A model generated the notes under the pieces. It was given only the letters and a program-made list of their open reading frames with translations, had not been told where the DNA came from and did no database searches. From a virus (Duplodnaviria > Caudoviricetes): a DNA stretch of 64,000 nt. Below are positions 49,631 through 58,805 of the stretch, piece after piece. The translations under genes were made by a program, and so were the position numbers. The stretch spans positions 64,001-128,000 of the IMG/VR virus record IMGVR_UViG_2974736276_000001, one strand, 5' to 3'. Position 1 is the stretch's first letter, and each line of letters opens with the position of its first letter.

Positions 49631-49660
49631 ATCTTAACACCATCACTCTAGAAAGTAAAC
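49631..49660 (-). promoter_or_regulatory. T4-type early promoter
   Basis: GTTTACT-17nt-TAAGAT. Confidence 0.7.
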
Positions 49661-49670
49661 AGCTAAAATG

Positions 49671-49697
49671 AAAAAAGCCTCAACCGAAGTTGAGGCT
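49671..49697 (-). terminator. intrinsic terminator
   Basis: AGCCTCAAC-TTCG-GTTGAGGCT-TTTTT. Confidence 0.9.
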
Positions 49698-49702
49698 ATT
49701 AA

Positions 49703-52483
49703 TTACGATGTTACAGTGACAGTTGTTACACCACCATAAGTTGTTGCGCCAGTACCACCTGCACCGTTAGGAGAACGAACTGCAAGACGATATTGACCAG
49801 CATCTGCTGCAGCCATGCTCGCTTTGGTTAACGTCTGAGCTGTTGCGCCAGATACGTTTGTCCAAGTTGAACCATTATCAGAAGAGAACTGCCATTGCTG
49901 AGAAATTACATCAGTAACGACTGTAGTCAATGTTAATGTTGCACCTGCAGCTACTGAAGCTGTTGCCGGGTTCGCAGTCGTAAAGACTGGTTTCCAAGCA
50001 AATACTGGCCATGCCATTTCCTGACCGTTGATGCTAATACGTTCCCAACGCTGAATGTTCGGTAGAACCGGTTCATTCAAGAATTGCGCATCAGTAGCAA
50101 CAGTAGTCAACGTGGTATTCACTGCCGCAGTACTTGCAGTAGCGATTGCAGCTACAGTACCAGAAGCACCGAAACCTGCAGAACCTGTGTTGAAGTTAAA
50201 GCGACCAGTAACTGCGTTCAGACCAGGTGAACCTGCCTGAGTAATGCCCGATGGAACGTATTCGGCAGGGATACCCGCTTCATCACGATGTAAACCAGTT
50301 GCTTCAACAAACACTGTTACTTCACCAGCACGAGGACGAATAGAAACCCAAACTGCAGGAATTATATCGTTAGTCGTTTGTGTCTGATATTGAACACCGC
50401 TGATTGGACCTTGACCTTCAGAATACCAAGAAATTTTCGGTGTACCACCTGTACCACGACCGATGTTAATTGTCGCTTCACCTTGAAGGTAATCGCCTGT
50501 AATATTCTGAGTAGTTGAAGTGTTATAGTAAATACCACCTAAAACACGTGCTCTGAAGAATCCACCATTCGTTGGGTTACGGAATGAACCTAAGTTCAGG
50601 TACAACGTGTTATCAGTGTTGTTGGTTACACGAATTGGTCCACGTGTCCATTTAGCAACGACTGGGCAGTTGAAGTACGCACCGTAGTTCTGAAGAGTCC
50701 ATGAACCTTGATCGTAACCACCAGTCCAAGCTGTGATAGCTGAACCATCTGGGTTTTTCGGATAACTATTCCAAGAACCAGAAGTAGGCGAGAATGAATC
50801 AAAGTTATTACCAGTCGGAACTGATTTGGTGATGCAAGTGTATTTGGTGTACCATAGAATCGGGTTATCAATACAGTCTTCAACACAAACCATGCTCAAG
50901 TCCCATTGACCGTTGTTAATGTCAAATGGACATACGCCGTGTTCGAACCAGCAGTTACGCATGATTGCCTGTGCAGTTCTCGGTGCCCAAATAGCAGGAG
51001 CCATTGGATTTGAGAAGTTACAGTTGCTGAACACAATAGATGTTGAGTGATCCCAAGCACCGTATGTTTGACCCGACCAACCGATCTGGAATACAGGACC
51101 CGCTGTCAATGAACTGAAGATATTATCTGCAGTGCTGTCAAGTGTATCAAGCAAATAGAACATGTAAGAACCAGTGTTAATTGCTTGAATGTTTTCATAC
51201 TTACCGAAACATCCGCCCGGACATTGGTTGCTCAAGAATGGCTGAGTATTACTCGCTGTATCGTTGAACACACCTTTAGTTGCACCGACTAGCATCTTAG
51301 TTGTAGTATCTTGTGCTACAGTCTGCTGTCCATTCCAGATTAAATCACGAACTGTCAAACGACGATGGTTCACAAGGAACACAGGCGAAGTTGATTTATC
51401 CGAAATAATCGTAGTTTGAATTTGACGACCGGATTCTACAGGAGCACCTTTAATTACAAGACCACTTGCAGCGTAATATCCTGATGGGTTAAACACTGCG
51501 TCAGCAGCACCATCAGCAACTTTAGCACCGTATTTGGTATATTCTGCCGGCTTCATGAAATACGTACCAGTGTTGAACTGGATTGGTAAAGTGAATCCTT
51601 TATTACCTACACGAGATTGAGCATATGATGAAACCACGAAATCTAGGTTCAATTTAAATGCAGGCTGAGCATCGGTAACACCGTCAGCTACACCACCGAA
51701 ATCTGCGATAGTTAAATCTTGTAGAAGTTTATCACGAGTCCAATAACCTGTTCCGGCTTTGATTACAACACCGCCGTCATCTGTTGCAGAACCAGTTTTG
51801 GTACCAATAAACCAACCTGCGCCTTCTGGGCGGAAAACTGCTAGTGATGAAGGAGTGTGAACTTTCAGATAAACACGTTCACCGTCTGCTGCAGGTTGAC
51901 GTGCACGAAGAGCAGTGATATTCGCTACACCATTAACAGAATTCAACAATGAAGTAGTATTCGTGTTTGCTGTATTAGCATTGGTTGTCGCAGTAGCAGC
52001 TGCAGATTTAGCATCTGCTGCATCAGTTTTAGCTGAGCTAATGTCTGAAGTATTTTTACTTACATCAGTCTGCATATTAGTAACTTTTGTATCAAGTCCA
52101 CTAACTTGTGTAGTCAGTTGAGTTACTTTAGTCGCAGACGCATCAGCGCTATCTTTGGCAGCTTGAATTTGAATAGCTTGTGCTTTGACTTGATTATCAA
52201 GAGCAGTGATATTCGTATTAATTCCCGCAACATCAGAGAAAGCAATACCAAACAATACGCCTTTAGATCCGTCACTCAATTCAAACTGAATGTCATAACC
52301 ACCATTACCTGCAGCAAATTCAAAGAATCCACTTGTATCAGATATCAATGGGTTTGTAATTTTTGCTTCGGCACGGTTATATAAATCCGCAAGAGTAGTA
52401 GTACCCTGCTTATAAACATAGACCTTAGCCCCTGGGACAATTGCACCGGTTTTGCTCGTCGATACAAAGCTTTTAATTTCCAT
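49703..52483 (-). CDS. tailspike-like polysaccharide depolymerase (AmsF/WceF-like) with C-terminal Ig domain
   Basis: N-terminal adaptor, coiled coil, DDGG..DFGGVADGVTDAQPAF beta-helix entry, Ig QWQ..DAGQY. Confidence 0.75.
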   Translation of the reverse strand: MEIKSFVSTSKTGAIVPGAKVYVYKQGTTTLADLYNRAEAKITNPLISDTSGFFEFAAGNGGYDIQFELSDGSKGVLFGIAFSDVAGINTNITALDNQVKAQAIQIQAAKDSADASATKVTQLTTQVSGLDTKVTNMQTDVSKNTSDISSAKTDAADAKSAAATATTNANTANTNTTSLLNSVNGVANITALRARQPAADGERVYLKVHTPSSLAVFRPEGAGWFIGTKTGSATDDGGVVIKAGTGYWTRDKLLQDLTIADFGGVADGVTDAQPAFKLNLDFVVSSYAQSRVGNKGFTLPIQFNTGTYFMKPAEYTKYGAKVADGAADAVFNPSGYYAASGLVIKGAPVESGRQIQTTIISDKSTSPVFLVNHRRLTVRDLIWNGQQTVAQDTTTKMLVGATKGVFNDTASNTQPFLSNQCPGGCFGKYENIQAINTGSYMFYLLDTLDSTADNIFSSLTAGPVFQIGWSGQTYGAWDHSTSIVFSNCNFSNPMAPAIWAPRTAQAIMRNCWFEHGVCPFDINNGQWDLSMVCVEDCIDNPILWYTKYTCITKSVPTGNNFDSFSPTSGSWNSYPKNPDGSAITAWTGGYDQGSWTLQNYGAYFNCPVVAKWTRGPIRVTNNTDNTLYLNLGSFRNPTNGGFFRARVLGGIYYNTSTTQNITGDYLQGEATINIGRGTGGTPKISWYSEGQGPISGVQYQTQTTNDIIPAVWVSIRPRAGEVTVFVEATGLHRDEAGIPAEYVPSGITQAGSPGLNAVTGRFNFNTGSAGFGASGTVAAIATASTAAVNTTLTTVATDAQFLNEPVLPNIQRWERISINGQEMAWPVFAWKPVFTTANPATASVAAGATLTLTTVVTDVISQQWQFSSDNGSTWTNVSGATAQTLTKASMAAADAGQYRLAVRSPNGAGGTGATTYGGVTTVTVTS

Positions 52484-52492
52484 ACCTTTCCT

Positions 52493-52846
52493 TTATATTA
52501 CTATTTTCAACGGATCAATGTATACTAAATTCACTAAATCAGGCACAGGCCATTCACCAGTCCCGCCAAGACCAACATTCTCTGGAATGTAATTTTCCCA
52601 CATTGCAAAATATTCGTCTTCTATTTCTTGTTTGTTAAAGATGTATCCGCTTAATATCTCTTTAACATTCAGTTCATCATAATTTTTGAAAGCTTCAGAC
52701 AACATGAATAATTCGCCTGGGTATTTCAACTGATTATACTGGGTTTTCCAATCAATTCCAAGTGATTTTGCCCTAATGGTTTCATTAAGAACAGGAAAAC
52801 TTGTGATTGTACTTCCGACAGTTTTAGCTTTGATTATCGCAACCAT
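52493..52846 (-). CDS. degenerate Hoc capsid-binding-domain paralog
   Basis: RAKSLGIDWK..LKYPGELFMLSE..KEILSGYIFNK. Confidence 0.75.
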   Translation of the reverse strand: MVAIIKAKTVGSTITSFPVLNETIRAKSLGIDWKTQYNQLKYPGELFMLSEAFKNYDELNVKEILSGYIFNKQEIEDEYFAMWENYIPENVGLGGTGEWPVPDLVNLVYIDPLKIVI

Positions 52847-52890
52847 ACGAGTTCCTTTCTTATTTAATAGGTCTTGACGGCTTCTATTTA

Positions 52891-53277
52891 TTACATAACT
52901 ATTAGTGCCATCGGATTAATGTAAATTACACTATCTGGCTCAGGGTCGGGACCGGGCGGGGTAGGGTCTTCATCTTTGGGAAGATGAGGGGTTGGATACG
53001 TATTAAAATCAAAATCATAGTAAATATAGCCAGATTCAATTTGTTCCTTATTGAAAATGTATCCATTTAAAGATTCTTGTACTTCAACTTCGTCATATAA
53101 CTCAAACATTTCTGCAAGAGTATAGAGATCAGATGAATATTGCAATTCATTATATTTTGTTTTCCAGTCGATATTGAGATATCTAGCTCTCATTATCTCA
53201 ATGATAACCCACCAACCTACTCGAAGAAATCCAGTCTTTCGGTTGGGTAGATCATGAATATAGCGTAACTCTACCAT
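52891..53277 (-). CDS. Hoc capsid-binding-domain paralog without Ig
   Basis: YIHDLP..GWWVIIEI..QESLNGY. Confidence 0.8.
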   Translation of the reverse strand: MVELRYIHDLPNRKTGFLRVGWWVIIEIMRARYLNIDWKTKYNELQYSSDLYTLAEMFELYDEVEVQESLNGYIFNKEQIESGYIYYDFDFNTYPTPHLPKDEDPTPPGPDPEPDSVIYINPMALIVM

Positions 53278-53292
53278 AATCTACCCTTAATA

Positions 53293-53826
53293 TTAGCTCA
53301 GTGCGTATCCAGCTTCTACCTGATCTTTACCCCAAACATATCCATTACGAGATTCTTGTACTTCCGGATTAGGGTAGTCTTCAAACATCTTAGCTAATGT
53401 AAGCAGTTCGCGTTTGTAGTTCAATGGATCTGGCGCAGATTTCCAATCAAGACCTAATTCGCCTGCACGATGGATTTCATTAATTACCCACCAACCAACT
53501 TGAATAAATGCAGCATCGCGTTGTGGCAATGGATGAACATAAGCGAATCCACCTTCTGGCGTAGGAATTACTTTTTCTTCAACAGCAAGAACAACTGCAT
53601 CGGAAGTTTCAGTATCACCGCCAGAAAGAGTAGCAATTACAGTATACGAACCGGCGTCCGATTCTTTTACAGAAGCAATATCAAATGTAGCAGTAGGACT
53701 CGATGCTAGTTGTGTATTTCCTTTTTTGAACTCGTAATTAGTATATGCACCATCTCCTGAAGCTGTTAGCTTAACGGCATCACCGACAGTAGCAGGGTTT
53801 TTCGAGATTGCTAAAGTAATAGCCAT
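53293..53826 (-). CDS. hoc: Hoc head outer capsid protein (1 Ig domain)
   Basis: DAGSY Ig; YVHPLP..GWWVINEI..QESRNGY; follows inh. Confidence 0.9.
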   Translation of the reverse strand: MAITLAISKNPATVGDAVKLTASGDGAYTNYEFKKGNTQLASSPTATFDIASVKESDAGSYTVIATLSGGDTETSDAVVLAVEEKVIPTPEGGFAYVHPLPQRDAAFIQVGWWVINEIHRAGELGLDWKSAPDPLNYKRELLTLAKMFEDYPNPEVQESRNGYVWGKDQVEAGYALS

Positions 53827-53838
53827 TTGTTCTCCTTG

Positions 53839-53858
53839 AAAAGGCCTTTCGGCCTTTT
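53839..53858. terminator. bidirectional hairpin / terminator
   Basis: AAAAGGCC-TTTC-GGCCTTTT. Confidence 0.65.
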
Positions 53859-53859
53859 A

Positions 53860-54594
53860 TTATTTTAATGTAACGAATGATGAATTACGTGTTTCTCTAA
53901 TGATTACAGAGCCATCACGTTTAATGTAATACAAGAGCGTTAGCAATGTATCATGGGCAGTCGGGTGAGGGAAATCTAAAGGACGTTCTTTCCAGTCTTC
54001 ATTCTCTGAAACCCATTGGTAAATCCACCAAGGCAGTGTCATATAACCAGGTGAACGACCTAATAGTGAAATTCGTGGTGAATAGTTTTCGGGCAATTGA
54101 TATACAGATTCATCAGCTTTGATTTGTTCAATTGCTTCTTCGATAGTGTTATCGTTCAACGAATCTACTTGCTTGAATTCGTAGCCATGAGAAGCAGCAG
54201 CTTCTTTAATATGATCAGGAATCTCAGTCACAAGTGGTTCACTGAAAATAATTTTTGGCTCATCTACCTTAACGATCTCAATTACTTTTTGAGAGTCTTC
54301 ACCGATAGAATCAATCAAGAGTTTAGCTTCAGCTGGTGCTTCCTGGAATACAGCTGTTCCATCATTTTCGTCTGATGCTTGAATAAGATCGGCGATGGAG
54401 ACGCCTTCATTATCTTCAGGTAGTGGTTCATCAGCGAGCCTGGCTAATTCCTGTTCTAGATCAGTCAACATATTGTCGAATGATTTAGTTTTCTTCAGGT
54501 CTACGTTAAACGTTTGACCATATTCTGCGAGTTTAGATTTTGCTTCTTTGTTGTCTAGTGCACGCAGTTCTTCAATATAAGCTTTATCGATCAT
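53860..54594 (-). CDS. inh: inhibitor of prohead protease Inh
   Basis: MIDKAYIEEL..TLPWWIYQW..IRETRNS. Confidence 0.93.
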   Translation of the reverse strand: MIDKAYIEELRALDNKEAKSKLAEYGQTFNVDLKKTKSFDNMLTDLEQELARLADEPLPEDNEGVSIADLIQASDENDGTAVFQEAPAEAKLLIDSIGEDSQKVIEIVKVDEPKIIFSEPLVTEIPDHIKEAAASHGYEFKQVDSLNDNTIEEAIEQIKADESVYQLPENYSPRISLLGRSPGYMTLPWWIYQWVSENEDWKERPLDFPHPTAHDTLLTLLYYIKRDGSVIIRETRNSSFVTLK

Positions 54595-54624
54595 AGGAAC
54601 CTCGAGGTATAATTTAAAAACGTG

Positions 54625-54652
54625 TATAAATATAATTGTACTAATATTTATA
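54625..54652. promoter_or_regulatory. opposed late promoters for uvsW (+) and inh (-)
   Basis: TATAAATA at 54625 (+) and 54645-54652 (-). Confidence 0.85.
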
Positions 54653-54657
54653 AGGCA

Positions 54658-56172
54658 ATGATTAAGATGATAGACATCTCCGTACATTTTAAAGATCACT
54701 CACATGTATTCATTGAATGTGAGGATTCAGTTTTCTTTGAACTAAAAGACTATTTCTCATTTGAAGCTGATGGCTACAAATTCAACCCAAAATACAAATA
54801 CGGCCAATGGGATGGAAGAATTCGACTGTTAGATAATAATCGCATGCTCCCTTATGGCTTAGCAAGTTATATCAAAAAATTTGCTGATAACATGGGCTAC
54901 AAAGTTTGGATTGATCCGAACGTTTTACAACCAACTGAATTATCTAAAGAAGAATTCGATCAGTGGTTGAGCTCAAAAGAAATTTACTCGGGCAACACTG
55001 TCATTAAGCCTCACTGGTACCAAGAAGCTGCAGTATACGAAGGACTCGTTCATCGTCGCAGAATTCTTAACTTACCTACTTCTGCGGGTAAATCATTGAT
55101 TCAGTGTTTGTTAGCCCGTTATTATCTTGAACATTATCAGGGTAAAGTTTTAATTCTCGTTCCTACCACTGCATTGGTTGACCAAATGATCAATGATTTC
55201 GTTGATTATCGACTATTTCCTCGTGGTGCAATGCTAGGAATTCGTGGTGGTACTCAACGTGATTCAGATGCACTGATCTATGTATCTACATGGCAGACAG
55301 CAGTGAAACAATCGAAAGAGTGGTTTGCTCAATTCGGTATGTTGATGAACGACGAGTGTCATCTGGCGACAGGTAAATCAATCTCTACCATCGTCGGTGG
55401 AATGAATGATTGCCCATATAAATTTGGATTGTCTGGTTCGCTGAAAGACGGTAAAGCTAACGTCATGCAGTACATCGGATTATTCGGTGAAATATATAAG
55501 CCTGTGTCTACTTCTCAGTTAATGGAAGATGGACAAGTTACTGATCTGAAGATTAATTCTATTTTCCTTCGTTATCCAGACAATATCACTACTGCGATGA
55601 AAGGAAAGACTTATCAAGAAGAAATTAAATTCATTCAGAAGGCAAAGAAACGAAATAAGTGGGTAGCTCAATTATCTACTAAGCTCGCAGCTCGAAAAGA
55701 GAACGTGTTCTTGATGTTTAAGAATGCTGAGCACGGTAAAGAACTATTCCAGATGGTTAAAGATCTTGGTCATGAAAAAGTGTATTTTGTTAACGGTGAA
55801 GTTAATACCGAAACACGAAATGCATTAAAAGAAATGGCTGAAAATAATTCAGGAATCATTGTAGTAGCATCATACGGTGTATTCTCTACGGGTATCAGTG
55901 TCAAAAACTTACATCACGTTATTTTTGCTCACCCGGTAAAATCAAAGATAATCGTTCTTCAGACAATCGGTCGTGTACTGCGTAAGCATGGTACTAAATC
56001 TATTGCTACTGTGTGGGACATTATCGATGATATGGGTGTCAAGCCTAAATCAGCAAATGCCAAGAAAAAATATGTGCATTTGAACTATGCATTGAAACAT
56101 GCATTAGAACGTATTCAGCGTTATGCTGAAGAGAAATTTAACTACGTTATGAAAACAATCGAGTTGGGGTAA
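54658..56172 (+). CDS. uvsW: SF2 helicase UvsW
   Basis: PTSAGKS, DECH, QTIGRVLR. Confidence 0.97.
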   Translation: MIKMIDISVHFKDHSHVFIECEDSVFFELKDYFSFEADGYKFNPKYKYGQWDGRIRLLDNNRMLPYGLASYIKKFADNMGYKVWIDPNVLQPTELSKEEFDQWLSSKEIYSGNTVIKPHWYQEAAVYEGLVHRRRILNLPTSAGKSLIQCLLARYYLEHYQGKVLILVPTTALVDQMINDFVDYRLFPRGAMLGIRGGTQRDSDALIYVSTWQTAVKQSKEWFAQFGMLMNDECHLATGKSISTIVGGMNDCPYKFGLSGSLKDGKANVMQYIGLFGEIYKPVSTSQLMEDGQVTDLKINSIFLRYPDNITTAMKGKTYQEEIKFIQKAKKRNKWVAQLSTKLAARKENVFLMFKNAEHGKELFQMVKDLGHEKVYFVNGEVNTETRNALKEMAENNSGIIVVASYGVFSTGISVKNLHHVIFAHPVKSKIIVLQTIGRVLRKHGTKSIATVWDIIDDMGVKPKSANAKKKYVHLNYALKHALERIQRYAEEKFNYVMKTIELG

Positions 56173-56174
56173 AA

Positions 56175-56405
56175 ATGAAAAACTTCGAAGAATTCCTGTA
56201 TGAAGCAGATATTCAGGACTTTATGGGGAAAGTGACTTCATGCCAGACTAAAGAAGGTCTGAAGGAACTTGAAAAGTATTACACTAAACGTTCTAAAGAA
56301 GCTGAATTAAAAGATACAGATGACATTACTTTACGTGATGCTCTTGCTGGTCGTAAAGCTGAATTGGAAGCGGCCGATGCCGAAGAAGATGAAGAAAGCT
56401 TCTGA
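56175..56405 (+). CDS. uvsW.1: UvsW.1
   Basis: EGLKELEKYY..RDALAGRK. Confidence 0.92.
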   Translation: MKNFEEFLYEADIQDFMGKVTSCQTKEGLKELEKYYTKRSKEAELKDTDDITLRDALAGRKAELEAADAEEDEESF

Positions 56406-56408
56406 TAT

Positions 56409-56431
56409 AAAAAAGCCCCTCAGTGAGGGGC
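56409..56431 (-). terminator. intrinsic terminator
   Basis: GCCCCTCA-C-TGAGGGGC-TTTTTT. Confidence 0.75.
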
Positions 56432-56464
56432 AAAAACCACAAAAGTGGCTACATCAACACTAGA

Positions 56465-56632
56465 CTAAATTAGAAGTTGTGTTTCGTTTAATTGTTCTTC
56501 TGTACTTTCTGTAACAGGAAGATCTACTACATAGTTTAAACAAGGCCCAGGATGTACAGGACCTTTGTCTGTTTCGACAACCAATGCGGGATCGATTGGA
56601 GTCTTGCAGACGACGCAAATCTTATCAGACAT
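56465..56632 (-). CDS. uvsY.-2: UvsY.-2 (55 aa, absent from track)
   Basis: MSDKICVVCKTPID..VHPGPC..LNETQLL. Confidence 0.9.
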   Translation of the reverse strand: MSDKICVVCKTPIDPALVVETDKGPVHPGPCLNYVVDLPVTESTEEQLNETQLLI

Positions 56633-56651
56633 GGTTGTCACCTCTTGTTTG

Positions 56652-56888
56652 TTAGTTACTAAACTTATTTATACGAAAATAATCATCAATATCTTTTTCT
56701 ATTGTATCTTCATGACCGTGTATATCATAAATGTTTCGAGCAGTTTTTACGAATTCATCGTAGTAGCCTGGAATATGACGATAGATATTAACGAAATAGT
56801 TCTTACCCAAGTGAATGTTAACGTTTTTGGTTTCACATACACGAATTAACAATGCTTTGATAATATCTTCTTTAGTCATTCTAGCCAT
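56652..56888 (-). CDS. hypothetical protein (UvsY.-1 position)
   Basis: coupled ORF, synteny. Confidence 0.6.
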   Translation of the reverse strand: MARMTKEDIIKALLIRVCETKNVNIHLGKNYFVNIYRHIPGYYDEFVKTARNIYDIHGHEDTIEKDIDDYFRINKFSN

Positions 56889-57120
56889 GATCAGCTTTAA
56901 CCCCATGTTTACCTAGAGTCTTGACAATTTGAGCTCTTAACTGTTGAGTGTGATAATACACAGTAGTCGTTCTCATAATATCATGAAATAAATCTTCAGT
57001 TATAACATCAGAAAGCAAAGCCCTAATTGAATCTTTGTACTCTTTTAATGAGTTCGAACCAGCTGCTAAAGGCAGAGCTCTGATATTATTTACTAAAATA
57101 CTAAATTCATGTGGTTTCAT
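56881..57120 (-). CDS. hypothetical protein
   Basis: TAATG coupling to uvsY. Confidence 0.65.
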   Translation of the reverse strand: MKPHEFSILVNNIRALPLAAGSNSLKEYKDSIRALLSDVITEDLFHDIMRTTTVYYHTQQLRAQIVKTLGKHGVKADHG

Positions 57121-57527
57121 TATGCACCAGCTTCAAATGCTCGTAGATCAATGATATGCTTAATTGCAAAGCCTTTAGACTTAACTGCATCAAGCGCCTT
57201 TGAACAAAATTCTAACATGATTCCCCAATACGCCAAAGCAGTGTCAACCTTCAACACATCAGCGTTCGCTGAAATCACTACCTTCATTTCAGACTTCTCG
57301 TACTGATCCATACATACTTCATCACCACGACCAGTGTAATAATCGAGAGTTTTCTTTACAGCTGTTTTGCGCTGATTCTCAATCTTCAAAATCTCTTTAC
57401 GAATACTGCTGTGATAGCGAGACCACTTACCGTAAAGTGTAGGCACTTGCGACGCTTCTAACTGAAGCTTTGTATGGTCAACCTTTAAGTCTGCATCTAA
57501 CTCGTCCTGCAGGTCTTCTAATTTCAT
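57120..57527 (-). CDS. uvsY: recombination mediator UvsY
   Basis: MKLEDLQDELDADLK..YYTGR..GFAIKH. Confidence 0.96.
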   Translation of the reverse strand: MKLEDLQDELDADLKVDHTKLQLEASQVPTLYGKWSRYHSSIRKEILKIENQRKTAVKKTLDYYTGRGDEVCMDQYEKSEMKVVISANADVLKVDTALAYWGIMLEFCSKALDAVKSKGFAIKHIIDLRAFEAGA

Positions 57528-57528
57528 G

Positions 57529-57627
57529 TTATACCTTTGCGAAAAATAGTAGATGTACTGCGGCAAACACAATAAATCCTAAAAAGTAATAGGTGAATGG
57601 ACAAGTCCAATCAATTCCAAATTTCAT
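57529..57627 (-). CDS. 32-aa hydrophobic peptide (absent from track)
   Basis: GAGG RBS; MKFGIDWTCPFTYYFLGFIVFAAVHLLFFAKV. Confidence 0.55.
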   Translation of the reverse strand: MKFGIDWTCPFTYYFLGFIVFAAVHLLFFAKV

Positions 57628-57652
57628 AGTAATTTCCTCTTGTAGATAAGAC

Positions 57653-57679
57653 ATTATACCAAAGAATTCTGGCAGCAAA
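57653..57679 (-). promoter_or_regulatory. middle-type promoter PuvsY (position of T4 ori(uvsY))
   Basis: TTTGCTG...GG-TATAAT. Confidence 0.55.
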
Positions 57680-57738
57680 GCTGCCAGTAATTTATTACTT
57701 ATCTCTTATATAGAGATACTATATGGCCTATGTAATAA

Positions 57739-58131
57739 CTATCGTGAAGCCTGTAGTTGAAGCTTTATTTCTTGGAGAGTGTCTGGATTATCTACTATGC
57801 TAAAATAGATCGTAATGATTATCGTGTTATCGTCATACAGAGGAGTCACTTGAACGTACAGACGACTTAAACGTGGCTCGTAGTTAGTCAGAGCAGCAGT
57901 GATGTTTTTCTGAATGGTATCTGCAGTAAGAGGAGTCATGTTCTCGAATAACTCATCTGATAATCCGCATCCAAATTCTGGCATGAAAGGGCGTGAACCC
58001 TTTCTAGTAGTGATAATTCCGAGAATAGAGTTTTTAACTGCTCGAGCACCTACTGTTACTGCCACATCATTATTCCAAGCCTTGTCCATCGTTGGACTAA
58101 GATCAGTGTAGAGTAAATTAATATTTGACAT
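57739..58131 (-). CDS. 25: baseplate wedge gp25
   Basis: TRKGSRPF.PEFGC..YEPR. Confidence 0.95.
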   Translation of the reverse strand: MSNINLLYTDLSPTMDKAWNNDVAVTVGARAVKNSILGIITTRKGSRPFMPEFGCGLSDELFENMTPLTADTIQKNITAALTNYEPRLSRLYVQVTPLYDDNTIIITIYFSIVDNPDTLQEIKLQLQASR

Positions 58132-58757
58132 TATAGAAGCCTAAAGAACTCTTTAAGTCCTTTTACGATGTGTACATGTTTTTCCCCACACTTTTCACAA
58201 TGAATAGGGACTGCCAAGTAAACTGTTGGCTTCAGTAACTGTTCGGTAATAACTTTGATGTCATCGATTGTAATAGCATCATATAGCTGATTAAGTTCTT
58301 CTGCAGAAAGATCATCAACTGAAAGACGTTCATTGCCAGTAATAATGAAATCAATGCAAGAAGCAATCATTCGAGCATGGTTCTGATCGTCAAATAATTT
58401 AGGATACTTGAACTGAATTTTGAAGTCACCAAAGTTATACACAGGAGGTTCTAATGAGTCTATTTGTACCTGTGATAGATTTAACGGTACTTCCATTTGA
58501 TGTCCGCAGGAGCACTCCCAGGTGCTCTGTGTATTCACTTCACCTAGACTATGGGCCCACAGTTGTGTAATGAGATATTCAGATTCTTGACGATTTAAAT
58601 CTTTGGCATCTGTACATTTTAAGATCAACTCTTTAACGTACTGCAATATAGTGCCATCTTTTTTAGCTTTCATGAGGTTGATGTACTCACGAAGTGAAAA
58701 TGCTCGGCAGGAAACAGTTTTCCCAGCTACGATAATTTCGAATTTATAATCAAACAT
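58131..58757 (-). CDS. 26: baseplate hub gp26
   Basis: RAFSLREY, CSCG, CEKCG..GLKEFF. Confidence 0.92.
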   Translation of the reverse strand: MFDYKFEIIVAGKTVSCRAFSLREYINLMKAKKDGTILQYVKELILKCTDAKDLNRQESEYLITQLWAHSLGEVNTQSTWECSCGHQMEVPLNLSQVQIDSLEPPVYNFGDFKIQFKYPKLFDDQNHARMIASCIDFIITGNERLSVDDLSAEELNQLYDAITIDDIKVITEQLLKPTVYLAVPIHCEKCGEKHVHIVKGLKEFFRLL

Positions 58758-58776
58758 ATTGTCTCCTCATATTGTG

Positions 58777-58788
58777 TATTTATAAATA
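58777..58788. promoter_or_regulatory. overlapping divergent late promoters (26 / 51)
   Basis: palindrome TATTTATAAATA. Confidence 0.85.
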
Positions 58789-58805
58789 TTGATAAAGGAG
58801 ATACT

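Noticed and set aside
54594-54699. N-terminal extensions of inh and uvsW in the ORF track (similar for 2, 5.4, 13, uvsY)
   Set aside because: They cross promoters or neighbouring genes; downstream ATGs match homolog starts
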